A stretch of 64,000 bases of DNA from Desulfatiglandales bacterium (GCA_963667015.2 CAXXJJ010000001.1:352001-416000); one strand, 5' to 3'. Positions 18,249 through 27,932 are shown, counted from the first letter of the stretch. Numbers and translations are program-made. The notes: a model not told the origin generated them from the sequence alone.

Positions 18249-18306
18249 GCCCAACAAAAAAATCCAGCGGACGCAAAAAGCTGCGCCGCTGATTTAAACG
18301 TTGACT
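18249..18306 (+). repeat. attC site 6 (58 bp)
   Basis: GCCCAAC...GTTGACT; AAATCCAGCGG / CCGCTGATTT arms. Confidence 0.9.
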
Positions 18307-18329
18307 GTAAAATCGAAAGGAGAATCCCC

Positions 18330-18893
18330 ATGTTACAAATCATTTTGATGATCATCGGAATTGTTATCGCTGTAAGGCGACCAAGACTCAAAAGACTTAC
18401 CCCTCAGGATTATCCAGGCCTTGATCCAGAAAAATTCACCGAGTGGCATAACGCACAACTTTCTGCAACAAACACGTTTTTGTGGGCCTCGTGGGGTTCA
18501 TTTGTTATAGGAATCATCCTTGTCCTCATAGTTGCTAGTATGGGAGGACTTCCTTTTGAGGGGTATATTGCTTTTAGAGTCTTCATCATAGTCGGAACCA
18601 TAGTGTGGTTTATTGTTGCTGGCGTTAAGAGTAGCTCAGCCCGAAAGCTTAGAGAAGAATTAGGAATTCAATGGCCAATAAGTTCAGGTAAACCAGAAAA
18701 TCAATGTAGCAATGCTTCTATACATAGTATAACTTCAGACGACAATCTCATTTCTGCTGAAGATTTTGCAAAACAAAAAGGAATGTCAACAGATGAGGTA
18801 GTTGAAAATATTAGAGAAGGTAAATTAGCAGGCAAAATCGATGGCGGTCAATGGTATGTCAATCTTAAGCTATCAATGAATATACAGAAATAG
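18330..18893 (+). CDS. Hypothetical membrane protein with HTH-like C-terminal segment, cassette 7
   Basis: AAGGAG RBS; 3 hydrophobic segments; C-terminal SAEDFAKQKGMSTDEV..IREGKLAG.....WYV. Confidence 0.75.
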   Translation: MLQIILMIIGIVIAVRRPRLKRLTPQDYPGLDPEKFTEWHNAQLSATNTFLWASWGSFVIGIILVLIVASMGGLPFEGYIAFRVFIIVGTIVWFIVAGVKSSSARKLREELGIQWPISSGKPENQCSNASIHSITSDDNLISAEDFAKQKGMSTDEVVENIREGKLAGKIDGGQWYVNLKLSMNIQK

Positions 18894-18951
18894 CTTTAAA
18901 AACCAGTAATTGAAAGTACGCAGGCAAAAATAATCTAAACAGGTTGGCGGC

Positions 18952-19083
18952 AGCCAACAATGGTATCTACTAAGACCGGGCTATCCTCTTGCCAGATCGG
19001 GATTGAGATCAATTAAGTAATTATTGATGTTGGCAAATATTTTTCAAACTAAACCGCCCGGCTTGTAATGCCTGGCGTTATAT
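18952..19083 (+). repeat. attC site 7 (132 bp)
   Basis: AGCCAAC...GTTATAT; CCGGGC/GCCCGG arms; similar to attC8. Confidence 0.85.
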
Positions 19084-19111
19084 TCATAAAAACCCCATAG
19101 AGAGGAATGGA

Positions 19112-19912
19112 ATGAAGAAAATTATTATAATACTAATGCTTATCGCTGTATCAATTTCTGTATCGGCAGATCCTGAGATTAAAGGGACGCCCGAAGAACT
19201 CCGTCAATTTCTACATCCTAACGAAAATACAGTGGCTATAACAGGTGAAGCTGAGGAAAAAGCGTATTCTGATAAAGCAATTGTTGACCTTGTTATCACA
19301 ACTAAAGATAAGATGCTTTCTACTTCATTAGAACAAAACAGTAAATTGCGTGAGACAATTAGAGCAGAGTTAATAAAAACAGGTTTAAGTGAAGATGCCA
19401 TAAAAAGCTCAAAATTTTCTTCATCACCGCAGTATGGATGGTTTGGAAAAAAACCGGATAGCTATCAGGTCAATAATCATATGGCAATTACTATCACTGA
19501 GGAGTCCCAGTTACAGGCAATTGCTTTTATCGCCGATTCGAATAAAGAAATAGAGCTTGCCAGCACTATCTTTGAACATTCTAAAAAGGATGAATACAAA
19601 GAAAGGGTAAAGAAAAAAGCCTTTGATGAGATATTAAAGCAAAAGGAAATTTACGAAAAGAGCCTGGGACTAAAACTCGTTCCTGTAGGGCTTAGACTGG
19701 GGTATGTAGGTCAAATACGTCAGGGAGAAACTGGAACTGGCCCTGAAGAATTTACGCTGGAGGAGATAGTTGTAACGTCAGAGAAAAGGTATAGTTCGTA
19801 TGGACCAATGTCGAGATCCAAGGACTTAGAAAAAATCCCGATACCTTCTTTTGATGAAATCAAATATAAAGCAACAGTAATAGTTGAATATAATTTTGAT
19901 AAAACGGAGTAA
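19112..19912 (+). CDS. SIMPL/DUF541-like exported protein, cassette 8
   Basis: Signal peptide; VAITGEAE....DKA, SSPQY, YQVNN, ATVIVEY. Confidence 0.75.
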   Translation: MKKIIIILMLIAVSISVSADPEIKGTPEELRQFLHPNENTVAITGEAEEKAYSDKAIVDLVITTKDKMLSTSLEQNSKLRETIRAELIKTGLSEDAIKSSKFSSSPQYGWFGKKPDSYQVNNHMAITITEESQLQAIAFIADSNKEIELASTIFEHSKKDEYKERVKKKAFDEILKQKEIYEKSLGLKLVPVGLRLGYVGQIRQGETGTGPEEFTLEEIVVTSEKRYSSYGPMSRSKDLEKIPIPSFDEIKYKATVIVEYNFDKTE

Positions 19913-20040
19913 TACAAACCAATAAACTCAGACCGGGCTACTCTTTCGCCAGACCGGGATTGAGTTTAACATAGTAGCAATTGGGGTTGGCAAATATTTG
20001 TAATATTAAACCGCCCGGCAGGTTATCGGGCGCGTTGGGT
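19912..20040 (+). repeat. attC site 8 (degenerate R'')
   Basis: Homologous to attC7; ends GTTGGGT; expected ATATAAC appears as ATAC. Confidence 0.7.
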
Positions 20041-20071
20041 GTAGAATCATAAAACATTTACTGTGATGACT

Positions 20072-20797
20072 ATGGATGAAAAACCTTATCTCATAGAAAT
20101 ATCTCTTAAGGAGGAAGATTTAAAAAAGACAGAAGTCTACCCATTTAATATCCCGGCTGTAGCGGGTCTTCATAAATTGTCATTTCATCCTGACGTAACA
20201 TTTATAATTGGTGAGAACGGTACCGGAAAATCAACTCTTATTGAAGCTATAGCCCTATCCATGGGATTCGGCCCAGAAGGCGGCACAAGAAATGTTCAGT
20301 TTGCAACGGCGGATACAGTTTCTGATTTACATGAAAAGCTTAGAATTTCCAAGAGCTATAAAAAACCTAGTGATTATTATTTTTTGAGAGCAGAAAGCTT
20401 CTATAATGTTGCTACCTATATGGACAGCACCGGCTACTTAGGAGGTTATGGAGGTAAATCTCTCCATCATAGATCCCACGGAGAATCTTTTATGGCAACT
20501 TTAACTAAGAAGTTAAGAGGAAATGGTTTTTATATTTTTGATGAGCCTGAAGCAGCGTTGTCACCAACACGACAGATGTCTGCAATTACTGCGATTCATG
20601 ATTTGGTGCAAAATGGGTCTCAATTCATTATAGCCACGCATTCTCCTATTTTGCTTGCATATCCAAATTCAAAGATTCTTCAGCTTGATAGTGAGGGGTT
20701 TAATGAAGTTAAATACGAAGACACAGAACATTATAAAGTCACTCATGATTTTTTGAATAAATATAAACAAATGATTAATATCCTAATTTCAAAATAG
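20072..20797 (+). CDS. ABC/AAA-type ATPase, cassette 9
   Basis: GENGTGKS, LRAESF, SHGESF, FDEPEAALSP, IATHSPILL. Confidence 0.9.
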   Translation: MDEKPYLIEISLKEEDLKKTEVYPFNIPAVAGLHKLSFHPDVTFIIGENGTGKSTLIEAIALSMGFGPEGGTRNVQFATADTVSDLHEKLRISKSYKKPSDYYFLRAESFYNVATYMDSTGYLGGYGGKSLHHRSHGESFMATLTKKLRGNGFYIFDEPEAALSPTRQMSAITAIHDLVQNGSQFIIATHSPILLAYPNSKILQLDSEGFNEVKYEDTEHYKVTHDFLNKYKQMINILISK

Positions 20798-20803
20798 AAC
20801 AGC

Positions 20804-20865
20804 ACACAACAAAAGCATTAAGTGCGACGGCAAAAAGTCGCCGCGCCTTATGCTTGGCGTTGGGA
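20804..20865 (+). repeat. attC site 9 (62 bp)
   Basis: ACACAAC...GTTGGGA; near-identical to attC4. Confidence 0.88.
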
Positions 20866-20873
20866 GGAAAGAA

Positions 20874-21215
20874 ATGGATAAAGATATGAAAATAAAATTA
20901 CACAATGGCTTAAAGGAAAGTAGTATCGGCTTTCTATTAGCTGTAGCGTATGTAATTTTAAAATATTTTTATTGGCCTAATATTTTTATTTGGTTGGCTG
21001 AAATTATTTTTGTCATTTTTTGCATGGTTTTATTCTTTATCAGAGGTTATCGGAAAGGGGGCTCAATAACGAACTTTAAGCAGGAAATGCAAAAGAAGAA
21101 AGAAGATATATTAAATTCAAGGTTTTCTGAAGATCTTAAGTGTTATAAATGCTCAAGTATAATAAAGCCCAATGATAAGAGTTGCCCATCTTGTGGGTGG
21201 ACTTGGAAGTTATAA
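20874..21215 (+). CDS. Membrane protein with C-terminal zinc ribbon, cassette 10
   Basis: Two TM helices, then CYKC..CPSCGW. Confidence 0.75.
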   Translation: MDKDMKIKLHNGLKESSIGFLLAVAYVILKYFYWPNIFIWLAEIIFVIFCMVLFFIRGYRKGGSITNFKQEMQKKKEDILNSRFSEDLKCYKCSSIIKPNDKSCPSCGWTWKL

Positions 21216-21219
21216 AGAC

Positions 21220-21357
21220 TCCCAACCATTGCATCTACAAGGACCGTGCTATTTTTTTCGCTTTTTTTAATGGTCTGGCAGTATTCAAAATAATAACCAT
21301 CAATGAGTGTTTTGGCCTGCACGGCACGGCCTCTTAATGCCACCTTAGGAGTTAGGA
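21220..21357 (+). repeat. attC site 10 (R' altered: CTTAGGA followed by GTTAGGA)
   Basis: TCCCAAC start; homologous to attC2. Confidence 0.75.
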
Positions 21358-21417
21358 GTACATCATGAAAACACTTGAAGAAAGAGATATTAAACTACTT
21401 TCAAAAAAAGGATTGAT

Positions 21418-22950
21418 ATGTCTTATTCACCAAAATTGAGTTCCGGATTTACTTTTGCAAAAAACCGGAGTGTTTTTATATCTCCCCAATCGGGAATGTG
21501 TTCATTCTGCACTCAAGACTGTAACGGCACATGTGAACTGGCACAGGCGGCTGTTTTGGGGGCACAAACAGTATACCCTACAACAACCGGAAACAACCAG
21601 ATTGCATCTGAAAAAGATTATCCAATTGATTTTTCACACTTCAATATCAACGGTCATGTATTCGGTGCCCAGGGAGCCAATGAAACCTCGGAAGAGGCCA
21701 CCATTTTTAATGTAAAACTTGAGCGGGTCTATGGTTTTATGCATCCGGTAAGGCTGGCAATGCCTGTTATACTGCCTGCATTGATAAAACTTAACTGGCA
21801 GGACTACTTTTCCGGAGCTGCAATGGCCGGTGTAACCTGTGTGATAGGTGAACATGCAAGAAACAATGAGCCTAATCTAAAAATCGACAATGGAAGGGTC
21901 TCGGACTTTCCATTGTTAAAAAAGGCTCTTGACTGTTTTCGTCGATATGACAGGGGATATGGGCAGATTGTGCTGCAATGTAATGTGGATGACGATCTCA
22001 TGGGTGTCCCGGAAATTGCCATAGAAAAATATGGGGCCAATGCCATTGAAATTAAATTCGGACAAGCGGCAAAGGGCACTCAGCCGGCCATACGGGTAAA
22101 GGATCTTGAAACAGCACTTGTAAAACAACAGCAGGGTAATCTGGTTTACCCCGATCCCGGTGATGCATTAGTACAGGAGGCTTACAATAAAGGTGTCTGC
22201 CCGAATTTTTACACGTATGGCAGGTTGCCCCTGTGGACAGAAAAATCCCTTATGGCCCATATCACAAAGCTTCGAGACATGGGTGCCGAAAACATCTATT
22301 TTAAGATGGCCGGGTATGACAGGCTGGATATTGAACGGGTGATCAGGCTGGCCTGTGAAGCACAGGTGGATATGATAACCTTTGACGGAGCAGGCGGAGG
22401 TTCAGGATACAGCCCCTCAAAAATGATGAACGAGTGGTCACTGCCAACGGTCTGCCTGGAGGATGCAGTGGTCCGCATTTGTGAACAATTGAAATCTGAA
22501 GGATTGACCCTGCCTGCCATGGTTATGACCGGCGGGTTTGCCAGTGAGGATCAAGTATTTAAGGCCCTGGCCTATGGGGATGGTCATGTTTTGGGAATAG
22601 GTTTATGCAGGGCGGCAATGGCTGCGGCCATGACCGGAAAAACAATCGGTGAACAGATAAAGACTGGAAACGTGCCGGAAAGATTTGCACTATATGGTTC
22701 AACAATTGAAGAAATATTTTGCGACCTTCCTGATTTGCGTGCTATTTACGGTACAAAAGCAAATCAATTCCCTGCCGGGGCTATCGGGGTCTTTTCTTAT
22801 CTCAATAAAATTGCATTTGGGTTAAAGCATTTTGCTGCCCTGAATAGGAAATTTAACATAGACCTTCTAAACAAAAGTGACCTCATTCCCCTTACATCCG
22901 AAGCAAGGGCACTGATGGCTGATAAGTGGTTTACACCGCTAAATAAATAG
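21418..22950 (+). CDS. FMN-binding glutamate synthase family protein
   Basis: SGMCSFC, AIEIKFGQAAKG, TFDGAGGGSG, TGGFASEDQVFKALA. Confidence 0.85.
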   Translation: MSYSPKLSSGFTFAKNRSVFISPQSGMCSFCTQDCNGTCELAQAAVLGAQTVYPTTTGNNQIASEKDYPIDFSHFNINGHVFGAQGANETSEEATIFNVKLERVYGFMHPVRLAMPVILPALIKLNWQDYFSGAAMAGVTCVIGEHARNNEPNLKIDNGRVSDFPLLKKALDCFRRYDRGYGQIVLQCNVDDDLMGVPEIAIEKYGANAIEIKFGQAAKGTQPAIRVKDLETALVKQQQGNLVYPDPGDALVQEAYNKGVCPNFYTYGRLPLWTEKSLMAHITKLRDMGAENIYFKMAGYDRLDIERVIRLACEAQVDMITFDGAGGGSGYSPSKMMNEWSLPTVCLEDAVVRICEQLKSEGLTLPAMVMTGGFASEDQVFKALAYGDGHVLGIGLCRAAMAAAMTGKTIGEQIKTGNVPERFALYGSTIEEIFCDLPDLRAIYGTKANQFPAGAIGVFSYLNKIAFGLKHFAALNRKFNIDLLNKSDLIPLTSEARALMADKWFTPLNK

Positions 22951-23323
22951 GCGGCCTGAAAACAGCTTTGCCGCTTCAAAATACAACGGGGATAAGGTTC
23001 TATGTTTGATAATTGTTTAAATAGGTTCCGACAATGAACATGCTGACTTGTATTGATCTGGTAAAAGATGAACCATTTGACAAATAGCTCCGGCGGAAAT
23101 CGCATAAGACACTGCTTCCGCTCAACTAATCATCATTGATGACACAAAAGTTAACAACAATATAGCGGGGTACTATTTTTGGGGAATCCTTGCAGCCGGG
23201 AATTGACAGCTTATGGCATGACACAGAAAGAATTTTCAAGGTAGAAAAAAAATGATAAAGACATATAAAGGCAATTTAAAAAAGCCTCTGACGAACTGAC
23301 CTCTAAATTAAAGGAGCGACAAA

Positions 23324-23644
23324 ATGACAGTTAAAAGAATATGGCATGCATGGACGACAAAGGAAAACGCAGATAAATATCAGGATATTTTAAACAAAGT
23401 AGTTCTACCGGGCATTGAGGCAAAGAAAATACCAGGTTACAGAAGGATGGAGGTGTTGAGAATTGACCTGAAGAGTGAGGTTGAATTTTTAACTATTATG
23501 ACATTTGATTCACTGGAGAATGTATACACCTTTCAGGGTGAGGATTATAAAAAAAGTTACGTCCCCGAAGAGACACATAGCTTAATTAAAAGATGGGACC
23601 GCGAATCAACACATTATACTCTGGTAGAGACGAGAGAATATTAA
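23324..23644 (+). CDS. Antibiotic biosynthesis monooxygenase-like protein
   Basis: RIWHAWT..NAD.Y, EVEFLTIMTFDSLE..F.GEDY. Confidence 0.75.
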   Translation: MTVKRIWHAWTTKENADKYQDILNKVVLPGIEAKKIPGYRRMEVLRIDLKSEVEFLTIMTFDSLENVYTFQGEDYKKSYVPEETHSLIKRWDRESTHYTLVETREY

Positions 23645-23678
23645 AGACCCGATAATCTGTCTATTTTGAAAGCAGTAT

Positions 23679-25337
23679 ATGGAAATAAGAAAGACCACGC
23701 AAAACGATATTGAGGAAATTTTCAAGATTTACGAGTCCGCCAGACAGTTCATGGCAGAAAACGGCAATCCGAATCAATGGAGCAATATTCACCCTGAAGA
23801 AAAAATAATTCTAATGGATATTGATAAGGGTAAATTTTTGTCAGCAATCAGAGAATATAATAAATTTAATCTTTATCTTTTAGATTTTAAAATAAGGAAT
23901 CGTATATTAAATTTTTTATTATTTCTGGTGTTCATATTAACCCCGGGGTGCAGTTCCACAAAATCCTCAATGCCGATAAGCCTTGAAATAAAGCCCTTTG
24001 AAAAGATCATGGAGGATAAATATAAAAAACTCCGGGTCGCCAGAGAGATGATACTGGAAACAGAGATTTCCTCACAGGTAATAGTTTCAAGAGGAAACCC
24101 CGATTATTTTGTTGAATATCTGAATGCAGATCTTAAGATTTTACCTCTGTCTGACAGCCGGCAGGAGGTATCTGATCTTGATATAACACCCGAAGCAAAA
24201 ATTTCGGGCAACTCCCTTGCGTTCAGGCTGGACTCCCCATCTCCAGGGCCTCATGTATTTAAATTAAAGGCAAAGGCTGTATTAAGGCGTGAGTTTGTGC
24301 AGGTCAAGGAGAAGATACCATTTCCGCTGCATGACATTCCAATAGAGCATATCAAATATACAAGTCCAAGTTCCCTGATTGATTCGGAAGATGAGGAAAT
24401 AGGAAAACTCGCCTCATCCATAGCGCAGGGGGAAGACGACCTTTACAGGGTTGTTTTTAAAGTGAGCGAATGGGTGGCGGAAAACGTAAGTTCTCAGATT
24501 GACAGTTCAACAATTTACACATCACAGACTGCATCGTGGGTTCTTGAAAACCGGAAAGGCGTCTGTGATGAAAAGACCAATCTGCTCATAGGGCTCCTCC
24601 GTTCATTAAAAATCCCGGCTAAATTTGTCATAGGCTTAGTGGGCGTAAATTATAACGGAAAGATAAATTTCAAGCCGCATGGCTGGGCAGAGGTCTATTT
24701 CCCTTCCGCAGGCTGGATCCCCTTTGATGTGGCTTACAACCAGCTGGGTTTTATTGATGCCTCCCATATGAAACTCTCGGAATCCGTTGATGTTTCAGAG
24801 CCCATTACCTCATATGAATGGAAATCTATTGATATCAGGGATCCTTTAAAATCGAATGAAGGGAAATCGGATAATGCTCTTCTCTCCATTAAAGATCTGG
24901 AAATAAATGCAAGGATAAAGCAGATAACAGGGACAATTCAGCCACTTTTAGAATTAGAACCAGGTGTATGGTACAGTAAAATAGAAACAGGATCTTATAA
25001 TGTAATAGAGGCCACCATAATCAATCCTCACGATTTCTATGTGATCACAGACATATACCTCCAGGTTCCTGAAAATCTGGAAATCATGGAACAGAACAGT
25101 AAAATGTTTCTTATGGAACCGAAGACAGAAAAAACAGTTTACTGGATTGTAAAGCCAGAGGTTGACAGGAATGAAAATATAACCACCCTCTTTCCTGTTG
25201 ATGTTGTCATTCCGGGGGGAGGTTCTTCCAGTGTTGAATTTTCTGTGGCAAAGGCTCCGGGATACGCAATGCACAGTCTCAAAAAAATTGAGAACGATAT
25301 TGAAAAGAAAAGCAAAGGTGAAAAGATTCGTAGATAA
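23679..25337 (+). CDS. Transglutaminase-like protein (N-terminus resembles a fused GNAT fragment)
   Basis: GVCDE, HGWAEVY, GWIPFD Cys-His-Asp triad motifs. Confidence 0.8.
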   Translation: MEIRKTTQNDIEEIFKIYESARQFMAENGNPNQWSNIHPEEKIILMDIDKGKFLSAIREYNKFNLYLLDFKIRNRILNFLLFLVFILTPGCSSTKSSMPISLEIKPFEKIMEDKYKKLRVAREMILETEISSQVIVSRGNPDYFVEYLNADLKILPLSDSRQEVSDLDITPEAKISGNSLAFRLDSPSPGPHVFKLKAKAVLRREFVQVKEKIPFPLHDIPIEHIKYTSPSSLIDSEDEEIGKLASSIAQGEDDLYRVVFKVSEWVAENVSSQIDSSTIYTSQTASWVLENRKGVCDEKTNLLIGLLRSLKIPAKFVIGLVGVNYNGKINFKPHGWAEVYFPSAGWIPFDVAYNQLGFIDASHMKLSESVDVSEPITSYEWKSIDIRDPLKSNEGKSDNALLSIKDLEINARIKQITGTIQPLLELEPGVWYSKIETGSYNVIEATIINPHDFYVITDIYLQVPENLEIMEQNSKMFLMEPKTEKTVYWIVKPEVDRNENITTLFPVDVVIPGGGSSSVEFSVAKAPGYAMHSLKKIENDIEKKSKGEKIRR

Positions 25338-25674
25338 ATATGATAATCAGACCGGAAACAGAATCCGACGTACAGGCGATAACCAATGTTACAGTAGAGG
25401 CATTTAAAACAGTAGAAACCTGTTGTTCTGTTCATATGACGCATCCTTCGGATGCTCTCAGTTATCAGTATCTCAACCCAATGAATCCTGCCTTTCCAGG
25501 TAAATCCAAATTATAGAAAAACAGGCGATCCTTCGGGATGACAAGGGATCTTTGACAGATCTGATATGACGAAGCGGCAGGACAGGTAATCAAAAATTAA
25601 GAGTTGCAATGACACCTGCATTTTTTTAAAGTGCCGGGGATTAAATCCACAGGAAAAAAGGAGAGGTTTTAGAT

Positions 25675-26361
25675 TTGAGGCAGAGAAAAGTTAAGAATGT
25701 AGCAGCAAGAATTGTCGAACACAGTCAATATATGATTGAAGACCCCAGGGATAAAAAGGGGAAGTGGCGGCAGGTTTTTGAAAACGATAATCCGATTTTT
25801 GCGGAATTCGGCTGCGGAAAGGGCAAGTTTATAATGACCCTGGCTGAACAGAATCCGGATCGCAATTATATTGCCATTGAGTGCAGAGAGAGCATTGTAT
25901 TGAGGGTCCTTGAAAAAGCCAGGGAGAAGGATCTTAAAAATCTGTATGTTGTTTATGAAAACATAATAGGTGTGAATGAATATTTTGAGCAGAATGAACT
26001 TTCAGGGATTTATCTGAATTTCAGTGATCCGTGGCCAAAGACTCGCCATGCCAAGAGGAGACTGACCTTCATCAAATACCTGGAAGGATATCAGCGGATA
26101 CTGAAACCGGGATGCTGCATTGAATTTAAGACCGATAGAAACGACCTCTTTTCCTTTACTGTCGATCAATTTCAAAAAACCGACATGAAGGTTCTTGAGA
26201 TGACCGATGATCTTCATGGTACTGACCTTGACGCAAGGCTGGTGACAACCGAGTACGAGGACAGGTTCCATGGCGGCGGAAAGAAGATCAATTACTGTAA
26301 GCTGCAGGTGGGGAGTAAGCATAAAGGGTTCCAGGTTTCAAGGGGCCGAGGGGTCAAGTGA
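25675..26361 (+). CDS. trmB: tRNA (guanine-N7)-methyltransferase
   Basis: EFGCGKG, NFSDPWPKTRHAKRRL, FKTD, TTEYE. Confidence 0.95.
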   Translation: MRQRKVKNVAARIVEHSQYMIEDPRDKKGKWRQVFENDNPIFAEFGCGKGKFIMTLAEQNPDRNYIAIECRESIVLRVLEKAREKDLKNLYVVYENIIGVNEYFEQNELSGIYLNFSDPWPKTRHAKRRLTFIKYLEGYQRILKPGCCIEFKTDRNDLFSFTVDQFQKTDMKVLEMTDDLHGTDLDARLVTTEYEDRFHGGGKKINYCKLQVGSKHKGFQVSRGRGVK

Positions 26362-26410
26362 AAGGCCTGAAAACCCTTGAACCCATGAACCCCGGGACCC
26401 TCGAACCCTT
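26325..26410. repeat. Inverted cluster of degenerate 8-bp repeats
   Basis: GGGTTCCA/GGTTTCAA/GGGGCCGA/GGGGTCAA then their complements TTGAACCC/ATGAACCC/TCGAACCC. Confidence 0.55.
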
Positions 26411-26582
26411 TCCTCCAAAACCTCCCATGCATAATACTCTCTGCATTTTTTAATAAAACCAAAATACGCCTCTTCCCAATAAACTTTTTTCACACTTTAT
26501 TCATATTCCGTTCTTAATAAATACACACTTTAGGCTCACAATTGGAAAATAAAAATTCCATGGTTTGCTTAAGGAGGGCAAA

Positions 26583-27932
26583 ATGACAGGTATTCAGGAC
26601 GGTATTGACAGGACAGTAAAATATATTTCACGGTCGGTTACACTAAAGATAATGGCAATAGGCATATTGATTCTGCTGCTTCTCATCCCTACGGTTATGA
26701 TCCAGAACCTTATTCGGGAGAGGCAGTTTCGGCGTGATTCGGTTATTGCAGAGATAAATCAGAAATGGGGAGGAAGTCAGACAATAACCGGACCGTTTAT
26801 TACCGTGCCATACAAGGTTTTTTACAAGGACAGGGATGGTGAGACTCAGTTTAATCTTAAATATCTCCATATACTGCCTCAGACATTGTCAATAGCGGGT
26901 GAAATAGCCCCGGAAAAACGGCATCGAAGCCTCTTTGAAACGGTTGTTTATGATGCAAATCTCAACTTAAGCGGAGATTTCAGGATTCCCCAGGCCGCCC
27001 TTCTCAATATCGAATCTGGTAATATCCTGTGGGACAAGGCAAGCCTGTCTGTCGGAATTACAGATATGAGGGGCATTGAAAACAAAATCGATATTAACTT
27101 TAATGAGGCTGTTTATAACACCAATCCCGGCCTTAAAACTGCAGACATTGCTCCGGCAGGAGTCAGTACACAGGTTGATCTCTCGACCCCGGGGGAGACA
27201 AAAGGCTTTTCATTCAATTTGAATCTAAAGGGAAGTGATGAAATAGCCTTTATTCCTGTGGGAGAATTAAATACTGTCAATATAAAGTCAAAATGGCCTT
27301 CTCCCAGCTTTGATGGGGCATTCCTGCCGGATAAATCGGAAATAAAAAAAGACGGGTTTTCTGCCGGGTGGAAGGTTCTTCATCTTAACAGAAATTATCC
27401 GCAATTCTGGGAAGGAAGTCAGTATGAGGTATGTTCATCATCATTCGGAGTAAAACTGATACTTACTGCTGACATTTATCAAAAATCCATGAGGCTTGCC
27501 AAATATGCTGTAATGTTTCTCTTTTTCACATTTGCATCCTTTTTCTTCTCCGAGATAATAAACAAACAGAAGATCCATCCGATCCAGTACATACTTATCG
27601 GTATTGCAATACTGATTTTTTACACCCTTGTGCTGTCCCTTTCAGAACATATGGGTTTTAACCTCGCATATATCCTGTCTGCAGTGTCAGTAACCCTGAT
27701 TATCTCAGGCTATGCAAAGGCAATCGTAGAAAGCAAACAGTTTGCACTTATGATAATGGGGGTGCTGGCGGTCCTCTATGGATACCTGTTTATAGTACTT
27801 CAACTGGAAGAGTACTCTCTTTTAATGGGCAGTATCGGGCTTCTGGCAATAATCGCTGTGGTAATGTTTATGACCCGAAAGATCAACTGGTACAAAATTG
27901 AGGCAGGGCGGGGAGAGAATCTTGATGTTTAA
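26583..27932 (+). CDS. creD: Cell envelope integrity inner-membrane protein CreD
   Basis: WGGSQTITGP, WPSPSF.G.FLP, KYAVMF, IHPIQYILIG, LSLSEH, TRKINWY. Confidence 0.93.
   Translation: MTGIQDGIDRTVKYISRSVTLKIMAIGILILLLLIPTVMIQNLIRERQFRRDSVIAEINQKWGGSQTITGPFITVPYKVFYKDRDGETQFNLKYLHILPQTLSIAGEIAPEKRHRSLFETVVYDANLNLSGDFRIPQAALLNIESGNILWDKASLSVGITDMRGIENKIDINFNEAVYNTNPGLKTADIAPAGVSTQVDLSTPGETKGFSFNLNLKGSDEIAFIPVGELNTVNIKSKWPSPSFDGAFLPDKSEIKKDGFSAGWKVLHLNRNYPQFWEGSQYEVCSSSFGVKLILTADIYQKSMRLAKYAVMFLFFTFASFFFSEIINKQKIHPIQYILIGIAILIFYTLVLSLSEHMGFNLAYILSAVSVTLIISGYAKAIVESKQFALMIMGVLAVLYGYLFIVLQLEEYSLLMGSIGLLAIIAVVMFMTRKINWYKIEAGRGENLDV

Larger units (their letters stand above)
12205..21357 (+). mobile_element. 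Integron gene cassette array with no integrase in the window (CALIN-like), 10 cassettes
   Basis: Ten attC-like imperfect palindromes (RYYYAAC...GTTRRRY) separating co-oriented AT-rich genes; most R'' sites complement the GTT site opening the same cassette. Confidence 0.92.

Noticed and set aside
12713..21357. CRISPR array or plain terminators as explanation for the intergenic repeats
   Set aside because: Repeats vary from 58 to about 135 bp, are separated by whole genes and carry paired AAC/GTT cores; no cas genes
22951..23323. Possible gene remnant or ncRNA in this intergenic region
   Set aside because: No recognisable motif or convincing structure by eye
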